From Carpediemonas membranifera BICM (lineage: Eukaryota; Protista; Fornicata): a stretch of 64,000 bases of DNA. Each line of letters opens with the position of its first letter. Within the stretch, counting starts at the first letter, position 1. The stretch is from the NCBI GenBank assembly GCA_019828565.1, contig JAHDYR010000019.1, positions 179,984 through 243,983 of the forward strand, in the 5' to 3' direction. Below, piece by piece: positions 42,868 through 54,596 of this stretch. Below the pieces are notes generated by a model, which was given only the letters and a program-made list of their open reading frames with translations, was not told the origin of the DNA and made no database searches. A program made the position numbers and the translations under genes.

Positions 42868-43579
42868 TGCCGTTGGTCGACTTGACCTCGAAGACACCGC
42901 CGCTCAGCTCGAGGATAGAAATGTCGAAGGTACCGCCGCCAAGGTCGTACACCGCGATGCGCTGGTCCTTGTCGGTCTTGTCGAGGCCGTAGGCAATGGC
43001 GGCGGCGGTCGGCTCGTTGATGATGCGGAGGACCTCGAGGCCGGCGATCTGGCCGGCGTCCTTGGTAGCCTGGCGTTGCGAGTCGTTGAAGTAAGCGGGG
43101 ACAGTGATGACCGCCTTGTTGACCTCATCGTTGAGGTACTTCTCGGCGGACTGCTTCATCTTGGTGAGGACGTACGCCCCGATCTGGGAAGGCGAGTATG
43201 TCTTGCCCATGGCCGGACTCTCGACCCAGGCATCCCCGGAGTCGCTCTGAACGATGCTGTAGGGGGTTTTCCAGTCCTCAAGCTCCTGGTACCGGCGCCC
43301 TATGAGCCGCTTCGTGGCAAAGAACGTGTTCGCGGAGTTGGTAAGAGCCTGGCGCTTAGCCGGAGCACCGACAAGAGTCTTCTTGTCCTTGGTGAATGCA
43401 ACAGTGGAAGGTGTAGTTCTATCACCCTCTACATTCTTGCAAATCATGGGCTCATTGGTGAACACGCCCACACAACTGTTGGTGGTACCCAGATCGATGC
43501 CAATGACCGATGAGCTCAGCGCTCTACTAAATATGTCGGGCAAATTCACAGGAGAACGCGTAAATAGTGTACTAAGCAT
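41705..43579 (-). CDS. Mitochondrion-type Hsp70 with N-terminal presequence
   Basis: MLSTLFTRS...SRALSS presequence; GIDLGTTNS; mitochondrial/alpha-proteobacterial signatures GDAWV and YSPSQIG. Confidence 0.93.
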
Positions 43580-43593
43580 CGTCACCTTCAGTC

Positions 43594-43734
43594 TGTTGCG
43601 CAGTATAAACACATTGTTCGAACCTCCCAGACAGGGCCTGAAAGGAACGATCAAAGTGCCAAACTGTACAACATCATCCGTCCGTAGACGAATGTTGGCG
43701 GTTAGCCAATTGATGATGCTGGAATGATGTTGGA
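43594..43734 (-). ncRNA. Putative Fanzor omegaRNA scaffold, copy 2
   Basis: Same hairpins as 27430-27570, ending at the element boundary. Confidence 0.62.
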
Positions 43735-44252
43735 AGGCGCGGGATCGAGGTGCGACTGAACGGAGAGCGACCGAGCTCATCTTCCGTGGCAAGAGAACGC
43801 CACAGGATGTTCTCTGCAGCACTCTTGTCCCGATGTTCAACATTCAGAGCATCAGGAACTGTTGCGCGCCACTGAGCACCACGGCACTGTGGATTTTCGC
43901 AGAGCATCACACGTTGTGGGTGAACGTGCTGGTCATCACGCGGACGAACTCGCTTGTAGGGGGCGTGGCAGTGAGGGCAGATGACGGTGGTGCGGTCCTC
44001 GTTAACCATGTTAAGATCGACGACAATGTTATACCTCTTGAGAAGGGGTACTATCTCTCTCGCGAACTTTCGATATGGCGCGCAAGGAATGAACATACCA
44101 GCAGGCGTGGTGAATCCCGAGCTCCCGTAGAAGACTTTCAGGCGAATGTGGGTGGCGATGGGATGGTGGCGACGCCAACCGAACTCCCGAGCCAACTGTT
44201 GGCCGCAGCGGGCGAAGTGCTTCTGGCGAACTATACAAGTGTAGAAGTGAAT
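43674..44252 (-). pseudogene. 5'-truncated Fanzor (TnpB-family) nuclease, copy 2
   Basis: Same motifs as copy 1 ([29 protein letters not shown]). Confidence 0.82.
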
Positions 44253-44574
44253 TTAATGTGGAATAGAAGACAATGAGACGACGTGTGCGATTGTGATGTT
44301 TGCAGCTGTGCTGACGTCCACGAAGAAGACGCTTTGTGGAAGCCCTGGAGAAGACGATCTGTCTGTCAGACGTGAGTAGGATGGAGACAGGGCAGTGTTG
44401 CGCAGAATAAACACATTGTTTGACCCTTCAACAGCACACAGTCAACTCCCTTAACCTGCGAATTAATAACATGGGCCCTCGAGCCGATGATAGCCGGACC
44501 CACCCCAGCATCGTCTGGCCAGGTTTGTCTGGCAGAACTACTCCGCATTTTAGGGAAGAAACGAGAAACGAGGA

Positions 44575-45176
44575 ATGGAGTGGAGCGACGACCTTGTAGA
44601 CCATATTGCGAGCTTAGAGAAGAATTTTGACGATTCAGTATTCGAAACTTTCATCCATGCCCTTGTATCGATGCTTTGCGGTGATATTTCGGTTGAAGCA
44701 ATGGAAGGTTCGTCCCCAGACGCATCATGTCTTATTTAGAGCACGAGTGCCTTAGCTCATTCGAAGAAAAGCAGAGAAATCTCATAGTCAACTCGTTTTC
44801 TCTCCTAGTTACGGACGCGTCCCGCCATCACACCAGCGTGTCCGCCCTGTCCTCCATCATCGGCATGTCTGCTGACCGATGCACCGTTATTGTGGACTGT
44901 ATTGCCCAGTCCCGCCTCCGCACCAAGCTTTCCTTCATCGACTCCAACCCCCGCCCCAAGCTCGTGGACATGGCGTACGTACTCTCATACCAGGTCAAGG
45001 ACCAGCACGACGGGTTCATTGGCGATGACCTGGCCGAGATCACCCTCCAGACTATCGCTGACGGGGAGAAGAAGCCTGTGACCTTTGGGATGACCCAAGA
45101 GATGGTGCTTCATCTCAGGGACGTGCTGAAGGACGCAGTGGAGGAGGTCAGCAGGATCACTAAGGCACGGGGATAG
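44575..45176 (+). CDS. COMM-domain protein (COMMD3-like) (intron 44708-44739)
   Basis: C-terminal PKLVDMAYVLSYQVK...ITLQT...VTFGMTQEMVLHLRDVLKDA; 32-nt GTTCGT...TTATTTAG intron. Confidence 0.75.
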
Positions 45177-45388
45177 AAGGAGTTCATATGCCAGTGTTTT
45201 ATTTAAACTGCAGCTCCCGATCAGCCTGATTTGATTTAGGTTGATTCAGCTTGAACTAAACTTGGGTACTATGCGTGATTCATGGCGCCAGGACCTACCC
45301 AGCCACTTGATGGTCATCTCCCAGCTTGCCTTCCCGGTGGTCGATTGCCCCATCATTTGACTTTCCGTGACTGGCGTAGCATAGCAAC

Positions 45389-47039
45389 ATGCCTGTTGAA
45401 TACCACACTGAGAGACGCTCTGGCGACCACCCCGCTGTTTGCTTCGAGACAGCTGTCATGGATGGCCCCGATGGCTCCAACGGCCCCGTCACTGTCAACA
45501 TCCCCCGCAGCACGTTCGAATACACCGTTGTTCGCGCCGCCTACATGTTCCCCGTGAACGAGGAGCTTGGCTATGAGAAGCGCATTGAAGACGGCTACGT
45601 TCTTTCCCACAACGACAAGATTGAGTCCTGCGGCCAGTGGACCGACGCCATTGCCGCTCGCGTTGCCGAGCTCGCCGGCAAGATCTACATCGTTGGCGGC
45701 AAGCCCGACTCCAACGAGGTCCCCAAGCACCGCGCTATCCTCATGCCCGGCTTCGTCAAGGCCCACGGCCATGACCACGAGTCTCCCATCATCGGCCTCG
45801 CCAAGGACGTCCCGCTCACCGAGTGGCTCGACGGTGCCGTCAACATCTTCACTGGCTTCATGAACGAGCAGCGCGAGATGCTGACCGAGAAGTTCCAGGA
45901 CTCGCCTAACCACGTTACGTACCTTAAGGCGCGCGTGGACGATATTTATTACGGCATCACCACAAACATGTGCCACCACTGCAAGTATGTTACATAGCAC
46001 GCATGTATCATGTAATTACACAGCCACAACAAGTACCGCGTCCAGGAGATTGTTCAGGCCAACCTCCAGGCCGGCACGACCATGTACGTCGCCGTTGGCG
46101 CCCAGGACCGCCACTACGACGCCCGCATCCTTGACACGCCCGAGCAAGCCGTTGCCCGCCTGGACCGCTACGAGCAGCAGTTCGGCAACGCCGAGCGCAC
46201 GACGATTGTCCCCGGTCCTGACCAGTTCTTCTCCAACGGCCCCGAGCTGCTCAAGGCGCTCAAGGGCTGGGCCCGCGACCACGACCGTCTCTTCCACATC
46301 CACTCAAGCGAGGAGCCCAACACTACCAAGTGGTTTAAGGAGACTTACGGGTCGACCCCCATTGAGTATGCCGACTCGATCGGCGTGCTTGACGAGCGTA
46401 CCGTCGTCGCCCACCAGGTGAACAACACCGAGCACGACCTCGAGCTCCTCAAGGAGCGCGGCGTCAAGGTAGTCCACAACCCCCTTGGTTTGTCCCCCAA
46501 CTCAACCCACTCACCCAGCCAACACGATCCTTGGGTCTGGCATGCCCCCAGTGCCTGAGATGCTCGCCAAGGGCATCCCCGTCGCCATCAGCACCGACGG
46601 GTCCGGGTCCGCCGACTTCCAGAACATCATCTGCGGCATGCGGACCGCTTCGCAGTACTTCCGTGGCCGTGACTCTGACCCCAAGGTCCTCCCCGCCGCC
46701 CAGTGCCTCGCCATGGCCACCGCCGTCCCGGCCAAGTTCCTCGGGCTGGAGAAGGGACAGCTCCGCCAGGGTTACAGCGCCGACTGGGGCATGCTTGACC
46801 TCCGCAGACCTAACATGACACCCACCCATCTCGAGAACTGCATGGAGAACATGCTGTGGGCCGCTGACGGCAATGAGGTCACCACTGTGATGAGCAACGG
46901 TGTCATTCTCCGCGAGCAGGGCGCTTTTACCACCATTGACGTCGATGCGCTGTTGGAGAAGGTCGACATGCTTGCTGGTGAGCTGATGGAATACAAGAAG
47001 CACGCTGCTGAGATCCGCGGGACTGGCGCCCACAAGTAA
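45389..47039 (+). CDS. Amidohydrolase, MTA/SAH- or guanine-deaminase-like (introns 45985-46023, 46488-46518)
   Basis: MPGFVKAHGH (HxH), HIHSSE, VVAHQV, HNPL|ANTILGSG, STDGSGS. Confidence 0.88.
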
Positions 47040-47196
47040 ATGAGTAAATCAAGGGGAAATGTGAGATGCCATGAAACGGCTCCAAACGACACGTACCAAT
47101 GACTCTTCGGCCCAGTTCTTGCATGACCAGCCTCCAGCATGACACGGGTCGACTCGAATGACTGGATCATTTTCCAGACTAGACCTGGTGCCAAAC

Positions 47197-47946
47197 ATGT
47201 CGATGAGCAGACGCGATGCTCCGAGATCCACGGAATGGGATGATATTCACCGGAAATTCCGTGGTGAGAAGGTATGAGCTCCCATGCTTCCCCCAATCAC
47301 ACAGACCGTGACCGAGGAGTGGGAGGAGGCCGAACAAGCCGCCCTCGAGCAGCAACAAGTGCTCCAGGCAATTATGGAGATTGAACGCCTTGAAAACGCC
47401 ACTATTGATGAGCTGGACGAGATGGAGGACGAGATGGACGAAGACGTCTTCGATTCGTACCGCCAGCAGCGCATGGAGGAGATGCGCAAGGAGGTCCAGC
47501 GCAACAAGTTCGGCTCTGTCTTCCGCATTGGCCAGACCGACTACACGGCGACCGTGGCGTGCAAGGGCGAGCACTTTGTGGTCTGTCTGCTATACGGCTC
47601 GGACCCGTGCTCCGCCAGGCTGCAGCACTACGTCACCCAGCTCGCCCCGAGGTTCAAGGATGTCAAGTTCGTGGAGATTGCCGCCACTGCTGCCATCCCG
47701 AACTACCCCGCGAAGAACGCGCCGACCCTGCTGGTGTATTACGATGGTGAGCAGAAGGAGGCCATCGTAGGCCCCCTGCGACTTGGCGGGAACCAGGTCA
47801 CTGCCGACGAGTTCGAATACATGCTCGGACAACGGAAGATCATCAAGACGAAGGTCGACCCCGAGAAGAAGAGGCGCGGACGGGGGATATTCGGGCGGAT
47901 GGACGAGAGTGATCCGGACGAGAGCGACAGCGAGTATAGCGACTAA
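47197..47946 (+). CDS. Phosducin-like protein (PhLP2/PDCL3) (intron 47272-47304)
   Basis: TEWDDIHRK exon 1; YRQQRMEEM...KFGSV, VKFVEI...IPNYP..NAPTLLVY. Confidence 0.9.
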
Positions 47947-48045
47947 CAGAGCTAAATTGGTGCTTAGGATTGTTTCGGCCCCCCGAATCGCAGATTCGCA
48001 AATGATTTCTTCGATTTCGCAGTTTAACAACAAAAACTTCTTTCC

Positions 48046-48697
48046 ATGGGTTTTGGACGCAAGCAACCTGATATCACTGACCAGATCTTCGAGATGAAGT
48101 TCGCGATGAAAGAACTGAACCGTAGCGCCAAGAAGGCGGACAAGGACAAGGCTGCGGCCGAGAAAAAGGTATCAGACTGCGTTAAGCGGTCAGATGACAA
48201 CAGTGCGCGTCTATATGCGACCACTGCAATCCGTAAGAAGAAGGAAGCTTTTCAGTACCGCTCTATGGTCGCTCACCTCGGTTTGTCCCACTCATCCAGC
48301 TCACCCAGACACGTGCATCGGCCTTCTAGAGCAGCAGGCGACCATGGCATCTATCGGGCATACCATGGGCAAGCTGAGCCACAACCTGTCCAACGCGCTC
48401 TCCACTGCGAACATGACTGAGATGGGGCAGGCCGTCGGTCAGTTCATCGGCCAGCTCGAGGACGTCCAGGCCCAGTCCATGTTCATGGACCAGGTCATGA
48501 GTCAGTCCGCCGCCTCTGCGGTGCCCCTCGAGGAGGTTGACACCCTCATCCAAGGCATCGCCGCCAAGGAATCACTCGAGTTTAAGTCGGAGTTCGCCAC
48601 ACCCGGCACGACACAGGTGGCCGCCCCTGAGATGGAGCAGCCTGTCGCAGCAGCGCCTCCTGTTGACCCGCTGGCTGAGAGATTCAATAACTTGTAA
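48046..48697 (+). CDS. ESCRT-III-associated CHMP1/Did2 (intron 48281-48308)
   Basis: MKFAMKELNRSAKKADK, ARLYATTAIRKKKE, C-terminal MIM1 DPLAERFNNL. Confidence 0.88.
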
Positions 48698-48749
48698 AGT
48701 TTGCCCCGTTTTCCCATGGAGCGTCACTCGTAATAAAAACATTTTCTAT

Positions 48750-50639
48750 TTATTTTTCAGACAGGGAGACGTTCTTCTGGAGGAGCTCAAGTGTGGTAAG
48801 CATCGTCACGGTCTGAATATGTGTCAGCCGCTCAGTGAGCACCTTGCCCGCGCTCCCTATGGGCAGCAGGGCCGCCGCTGTCAGCAACACGCGGGATAGC
48901 TCCTTGTTCGACTCAACACGAGTCATATCCAACCGCACATGCGTGTATATCGGGCTCTCAAGGAGTTGTACGATCTTATCAAGCGTCACGAGGCTCTGGA
49001 GGTCGTCGGACGGCACCTCCAGTAAAGCGTCCAGCGCAGTGCCGTATTGCCTCGCCAGCAGTGCGATGGAGGCGACTGCGGTGGGGCACCGTGCCCAGCT
49101 CTCGACCAACACGGGATACAGCCCTGACCCGCCCGCGATGGCCCGCCGTAGGGGGGCGAGCTCGTCGGCTGTGAGGAGCAGCAGGCTGGCCCTCTCTACA
49201 AGCTGGGGCATGTGTGTTGTGGCGGCCTGTGTGTGTCTGGCCAGAGCCCCTACGAACTCAGCGGGGCCCACCGTCCCAGCCAGGGCCCTGAACATAGTCG
49301 GCATGCGGACTGTGGCGGCGCTCCACTGGGCATCCCATGCGGCCACCAGCTGGTTGACTACGGGGTCGAGGCGCTGGGCGAGGGCGGGTTGAGTGAGGAA
49401 CGTGCCGAGGGTGGTCAGCGCGACGGATGAGGCCTCCTCGTCAGTGTCGAGAGTGCCAGTAACCAGCATCGCCTCGACATCAAGCTTGGCGGCCTCGGCA
49501 GCCTTTACGGTGGGGCTGGGTGATGCTGCGAGCAGGCCCCGAAGGCACAGCATGGCGGAGACCCGTGTGGCGGGCTCCTCAGACTCGCACGCGTCCTTCA
49601 GCACCCCGCATATGGCGTCAAGGTGGGCATCGAACACGGCCGAGTCTGTGCTCAACGTCTCATTGATAAATCCGATAATGGACGCGCTCAGGGTCGACAC
49701 GTGCGCGAGTGGCGAGGCACACAGCTCCAGAGCAGACCTCAGGAAGAGCGCAATGTGCCCGTCGGCTACCCGTCTGCTGAGCAGGGCTTGGGACCAGTCG
49801 AGAGTCCTCTCAACGAGCACGGGCTGCGAGCTGTTCGTGCCGAGCCATTTCCTGAGAACACCGACCACAGCGTCCGCATTGGTGTCCTCGAGGCAGTCGA
49901 TGGTGTGCTTCATCAGCTCGGCTACGGCGACGTCGAGTGCTGGGATGAGAGAGTCCTCGTCGCCCCCGTCACCGTCGATCATACGAAGCAGTGCATCCAG
50001 AATTACTGGGATCGCAGAGACGATTGGCATGGTGCCCGTGAGGATGGCAGTCACCCAGCTAAGTAGGAACCTCCGCAGGGGCGTCGAGTCGACACCCGCG
50101 CGGTCGGCCAACACCGCCACAAACGCGTCGACGTCAAAACCGTCGTCTTCAAGCACGACGTCCTTGATGAGCCTGTCAAGCACCGTGGCAGCCCTGCGGA
50201 CGGAGGGTTCCTTCTCTGCGGCCATGCGGGCTAGTGTGTCGAACAAGGCAGGGAAGTGCGTCCGCAGCGCCGTCTCTCGAGCCACCTTGACGATGTTGTA
50301 CAGAGCCTCGCACGCGAAGAAGCGGACACGGGAGTCCTGGTCCTCGCATCGGACCATGGCGGGAAGGATGAGTGCGTCGAGGTGGTCTCCAATGGCCTCG
50401 TAGCCGAGAACAACGGCAACGGAGGCTATGCCCATCAGACCACCGCTTCTGGAGGAGCTGTTTGTGTTGGATGCAAGATTTGTGAGCGCTTCGATCAGCG
50501 TTCTTATGTCCTCCTGGCGATCGCCCTCGAGGAACTCATGCGTGATCTTTTCGACATCCTGAGCGGCCAGTTTCCTCTTCTCGTATGCCTTGTTGCATAT
50601 ATTACGTGATAATGCGGCCGGGAGGACGGTATCAGCCAT
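48750..50639 (-). CDS. VAC14: VAC14 PI(3,5)P2 complex scaffold
   Basis: KAYEKRKLAAQDVE, DQDSRVRFFACEALYNIVKV, LDRLIKD, LDKIVQLLESPIY. Confidence 0.92.
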   Translation of the reverse strand: MADTVLPAALSRNICNKAYEKRKLAAQDVEKITHEFLEGDRQEDIRTLIEALTNLASNTNSSSRSGGLMGIASVAVVLGYEAIGDHLDALILPAMVRCEDQDSRVRFFACEALYNIVKVARETALRTHFPALFDTLARMAAEKEPSVRRAATVLDRLIKDVVLEDDGFDVDAFVAVLADRAGVDSTPLRRFLLSWVTAILTGTMPIVSAIPVILDALLRMIDGDGGDEDSLIPALDVAVAELMKHTIDCLEDTNADAVVGVLRKWLGTNSSQPVLVERTLDWSQALLSRRVADGHIALFLRSALELCASPLAHVSTLSASIIGFINETLSTDSAVFDAHLDAICGVLKDACESEEPATRVSAMLCLRGLLAASPSPTVKAAEAAKLDVEAMLVTGTLDTDEEASSVALTTLGTFLTQPALAQRLDPVVNQLVAAWDAQWSAATVRMPTMFRALAGTVGPAEFVGALARHTQAATTHMPQLVERASLLLLTADELAPLRRAIAGGSGLYPVLVESWARCPTAVASIALLARQYGTALDALLEVPSDDLQSLVTLDKIVQLLESPIYTHVRLDMTRVESNKELSRVLLTAAALLPIGSAGKVLTERLTHIQTVTMLTTLELLQKNVSLSEK

Positions 50640-50812
50640 TTTGTCGTGTTGTAGATAACGCTGGAATGAGACCAAAATGAACCGAACAAAATCTGGTCAT
50701 GTAGAGGCATCCGGGCTGGGTAGGTAGCCTGGATATCTTGGTCGAGCGCTCGTGACTCAAAGAAAAAATAGTCTTTCGCAGAATATGGCGGCAGGTTGCA
50801 CGACGTTCAAAT

Positions 50813-51487
50813 ATGGTCCAGAAACTGACCGTTGTCATAGTTGAGGCGCAGCTAGAGACAGCAGAGATACAGAAGGGCAATTCAACCCGCGTGGAGCTCC
50901 TATCTTCAGACAATCAGGAGTACGCCACTCTTCCGTCAAATAGGAGCCGTGGCCTTCGTCCCGACATCACATACCAGCTTCTTCTGAACATGCTCGACTC
51001 TCCATTGAACAGGGCTGGCATGCTGAAGCTCTACATCCTTACAGAGGCCGGAGTTCTCCTCGACATCCACCCCTCTCTTCGTGTGCCCCGCACCTACCCC
51101 CAGTTCGCCATCCTCATGGGCCAGCTCCTCGAGCGAGGCAAGATCCGATCCAGCGGCAAGTTGAACGTTATCCTCGGCCGTACCACTACGAACGTGCTGA
51201 AGCCCGGTGCTGAGAGCACTGAGTACAACACAGTGCTTCCCCTGGGGGCCCTCCGCATTGGACTGGAAGCCAACATGGAGGAGATGGTCGAGCTGCAGTC
51301 CTATGTGGGCGCCATGGACCCAGACAAGGAATACGTCTTCGCCTTGGGCGCGACGTCGAGGTCGAACATTGACGACAAGGCGACGTGGGTCGAGAAGTGG
51401 GTCAGCGTCAGCAAGTACCCCCTGTCCGCCGCTGTGGTCGGTAATAAGCTTGTTGGGGCGTTTGAGACGCTTTACGGGGTAGTGTGA
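50813..51487 (+). CDS. EMG1: rRNA pseudouridine methyltransferase Nep1/Emg1
   Basis: RPDITYQLLLNMLDSPLNRAG, RVPRTY..F..LM.QLL, SKYPLSAA. Confidence 0.93.
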   Translation: MVQKLTVVIVEAQLETAEIQKGNSTRVELLSSDNQEYATLPSNRSRGLRPDITYQLLLNMLDSPLNRAGMLKLYILTEAGVLLDIHPSLRVPRTYPQFAILMGQLLERGKIRSSGKLNVILGRTTTNVLKPGAESTEYNTVLPLGALRIGLEANMEEMVELQSYVGAMDPDKEYVFALGATSRSNIDDKATWVEKWVSVSKYPLSAAVVGNKLVGAFETLYGVV

Positions 51488-51932
51488 GCGCTATCCCTCG
51501 GATAAACGACACTCGCTTTCTTTGGTGGCTAAGGGAGTGGCGCCGTGAATCAACGGAACAGTTTGAAGCCTGGAACAGTTGACAGGGTTAACTATCATCC
51601 GCCCAGGCATCGCACTCAGCAGTCATCGCAAGACTTGTTGCAAGGTTGGGGAAGGCTATCCGCCCTCAGCTGTCGTCCCATCAAGCTATCGGGAAGCACA
51701 GTGAAGCTGATGAAAAGGGGCCTTGGGGAGCGAAGCAATGTGGTTATGAGTTTTGGCCATTACTCTGACAGAGTGGGTTTACGTTTAAGGCCCAGCTTTT
51801 GTCTGCCTTGACGAAGCCCCCTGTTCATGAAGTATCATAGAGTGCACAGTGCAAGCAGTAAAGTAGGACTCTCAATCGTCTATAGCAGACTTCAGTTCAC
51901 TATTTCGCAGTTTATGTCACAACAAGGCAGTG

Positions 51933-54431
51933 ATGTGGTATCGCGGGATCACTGGGGCAGAGTTCTTCCGAGAGCATCTCAAGAACGTCCCTGGATTCAG
52001 GGAGCAAGGTATTAGCAACATGTCAAATGAGGAGTTCACGGAATGGGCGGTTGAGAACTTCCGCCCCAGGTTTGAATGGCCGGCGATGCCAAAACGGCCA
52101 CCGCGCAAATGGGTTGTATTAGGACAGCACAAAACCCGTGAAATTCCTCCCGAAGAGAGCGTTGTCACGCCAGTTGAAAAGCCCGCCAAAACTGAATTTC
52201 CACTGAGCCAAAAACCCGAGGCGTCGCGGAGCCCAGCAGCGATGGCTATCGCAGACGATCAGACGCGACAATCCACGTCCAAGGGATACACTGCAGCAGA
52301 GCCGAACCAGGCGGGACCGATTTTCCAAGAAGGGGCCGACGTTGCCAGAGGCACAGAGGCGACTCACGCTCCTCAGGCGGCTGAGATACCCTCGCCGGCT
52401 ATTGAGGGCACCAGACAGGTAGAGGTCACGGCAGCCGGCCCATCTCCTGATGTCACCCAGCCAAGCAGGAGGGTTCCTGAGCTGAAGGTCTCGGCGCAGT
52501 CGACTGGGCCTAAAGACATCGATGCCGCTCACTTAGCCGCCGATGAGGTCACCCTCGCCGGAATGCTGTCAAATCCCGAGTCGCCACGAAGCCCGGCAGC
52601 GATGGCTGTGACGGCTGAGACCAGGCAGGCTACACCCGAGGTGCACAAAGCAGCCGAGTCGGGCCAGACGCCCCGAGTCTTCCAAGCAGATGCCGACCTA
52701 GCTAGAGGCACAGGCGAGACGCCAGCCGTGACCAGTATTTCTCGAATGCAGAAGGTGCAGTCGCCTGCCATTAATGGTTCAGGACCCGTGGAGGTCACAG
52801 CGGTTGGTGCTTCTCCTGATGACGCCCGGCCGAAGAGCGTCCCGGAATTGACGATCTCAACTCAGTCGGCCGACTATCCTGATGCTCGTGACAACGACGC
52901 CTCTCACGTAGCGGCTGATGAGGTCACACTCACTGGAAAGCCCTCAAGTCCCGAGGAGCCCCGGAGCCCAGCAGCGATGGCTGTAACGGCCGCTCAGACG
53001 CGGCAGGCTACTCCCAAGGTGTACTCTGCTATCGAGACGAACCAGACGGCGCGGGTCTTCCAAGAGGGCACCGCCGTTGTCAGAGGCCCAGAGATTCGCA
53101 GTCCAGATGTGACGAGCATCACGCGGGCAGCCAAGGTGCAATCGCCAGCATTAGACAGCACTAGGCCGGTAGAGGTCACAGCTGTTGGTCGACTCGTCAC
53201 CCAGCCCAAGAGGATGCCGGAGCTGAAGGTCTCGGCGCACTCGACTGGGCCTCGTGACATCGATTCCTATCAGCAGGCGACCGACGAGGTTACTCTTGCC
53301 GGGAGACTATCAAGTCCCGAGGAGCCCCGGAGCCCAGCAGCGATGGCTGTAACGGCCGCTCAGACGCGGCAGGCTACTCCCAAGGTGTACTCTGCTATCG
53401 AGACGAACCAGACGGCGCGGGTCTTCCAAGAGGGCACCGCCGTTGTCAGAGGCCCAGAGATTCGCAGTCCAGATGTGACGAGCATCACGCGGGCAGCCAA
53501 GGTGCAATCGCCAGCATTAGACAGCACTAGGCCGGTAGAGGTCACAGCTGTTGGTCGACTCGTCACCCAGCCCAAGAGGATGCCGGAGCTGAAGGTCTCG
53601 GCCCGGCCAGTCAAGGCCCCGACCGAGGAAACTCTCCACAAGTCTGCCGACGAGGTCACCCTCACTGGCAAGCCCGCCAAGACCGAGACGCCCCCGAGGT
53701 CGACCTTCAGGTCCCCCACGACAGTCCGACTGGCCCCCCTCCCCACGCTGGCTGAGCCCGCCCTGAGCACCTCGCTGTCCATGTCGTATGCCCTGCCTCC
53801 CGCCCTCATGCCGTCCTCTGCCGCGCCGCTGGAGCAGAGCCATGATGCGCCGCTGCCCTCGATGAAAATGATCCCGTCCGAGCCGAGTCTCGAGGATTCG
53901 ACTGATTCACTAATGGATCTTGTTACCCGCCTCTCACCCAAAGTCGTCGCCGCGGTCCCCAACCCAGTGGTCAAACCAGTGGTTGCCGCCGCCAGCCAGG
54001 TCCCGGCGATGGCCGACTCTACCCCGCAGCCGGAGCGCCGAGTTGCCCAGTCCCGCATTCCAACGCCGCGTAGTGTACAGCGCCCAGTGAAGCCGCTGCC
54101 CGCTGCTAGAGAGGCGCGGGCTCCTCCCCCAATGGCCACACCAGTCGCGAAAGCCATTTCACCCAACACCGAGCGGACCCCCATAGCGGAGCCGGAGAGC
54201 CCGGTGCAAGAAATGACCGCCTCATTCGAGGCAGACGGGATCGTGACGGACTTCCTGCCTGGCCAGTCTGCCTCCGACCTCGCCGCCAAGGCCAGGTCGC
54301 CCCTGAGCCCAGGCGAGGTGTTCCCCCTCGATCACAAGCGGAGGAAGGCCCACCTTGACACGCTGGTCAAGTACTACGGCGAGCAAAGCATCTTGAGTCG
54401 GTCGGACGAGTCGACCCTGTCAAATTTTTAA
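51933..54431 (+). CDS. Pro/Ser/Thr-rich protein with four ~122-aa tandem repeats; 5' end uncertain
   Basis: Repeat unit RSPAAMAV...RQAT...VFQEG...VEVTA...PELKVS...DEVTL.G. Confidence 0.8.
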   Translation: MWYRGITGAEFFREHLKNVPGFREQGISNMSNEEFTEWAVENFRPRFEWPAMPKRPPRKWVVLGQHKTREIPPEESVVTPVEKPAKTEFPLSQKPEASRSPAAMAIADDQTRQSTSKGYTAAEPNQAGPIFQEGADVARGTEATHAPQAAEIPSPAIEGTRQVEVTAAGPSPDVTQPSRRVPELKVSAQSTGPKDIDAAHLAADEVTLAGMLSNPESPRSPAAMAVTAETRQATPEVHKAAESGQTPRVFQADADLARGTGETPAVTSISRMQKVQSPAINGSGPVEVTAVGASPDDARPKSVPELTISTQSADYPDARDNDASHVAADEVTLTGKPSSPEEPRSPAAMAVTAAQTRQATPKVYSAIETNQTARVFQEGTAVVRGPEIRSPDVTSITRAAKVQSPALDSTRPVEVTAVGRLVTQPKRMPELKVSAHSTGPRDIDSYQQATDEVTLAGRLSSPEEPRSPAAMAVTAAQTRQATPKVYSAIETNQTARVFQEGTAVVRGPEIRSPDVTSITRAAKVQSPALDSTRPVEVTAVGRLVTQPKRMPELKVSARPVKAPTEETLHKSADEVTLTGKPAKTETPPRSTFRSPTTVRLAPLPTLAEPALSTSLSMSYALPPALMPSSAAPLEQSHDAPLPSMKMIPSEPSLEDSTDSLMDLVTRLSPKVVAAVPNPVVKPVVAAASQVPAMADSTPQPERRVAQSRIPTPRSVQRPVKPLPAAREARAPPPMATPVAKAISPNTERTPIAEPESPVQEMTASFEADGIVTDFLPGQSASDLAAKARSPLSPGEVFPLDHKRRKAHLDTLVKYYGEQSILSRSDESTLSNF
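52224..53680 (+). repeat. Coding tandem repeat with ~366-bp period; 52944-53236 identical to 53310-53602
   Basis: Direct sequence comparison. Confidence 0.9.
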
Positions 54432-54596
54432 ATCAATTGTATAATTAAGTGGCGTGTGGGAAGCAGTGGGGATGATATCACGATTGAAAATAATCATCTC
54501 AATCTCAGAGACAATCTCATGATTTGTGTAGACCTGGATCAGAGCTTTTGACGAGGTCATTTGCTGCCGCGTCCAAGATCGTGTTGCTTCTAAGAA

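Larger units (their letters stand above)
43594..44434 (-). mobile_element. Non-autonomous Fanzor-carrying element, copy 2
   Basis: Reverse complement of 26736-27570 with a few substitutions and a 6-nt in-frame insertion; right repeat 43594-43632, divergent left repeat 44396-44434. Confidence 0.85.

Noticed and set aside
43580-43843. 88-aa N-terminal extension of the Hsp70 ORF in the ORF track
   Set aside because: It is an alternative reading frame of the inserted Fanzor element; the real start is the ATG at 43579 (MLSTLFTR presequence).
51827-51885. Upstream exon and 28-nt intron (51858-51885) for the repeat protein
   Set aside because: Frame-compatible, but the GTAAAG donor and lack of A at -6 do not fit the intron consensus; left unresolved.
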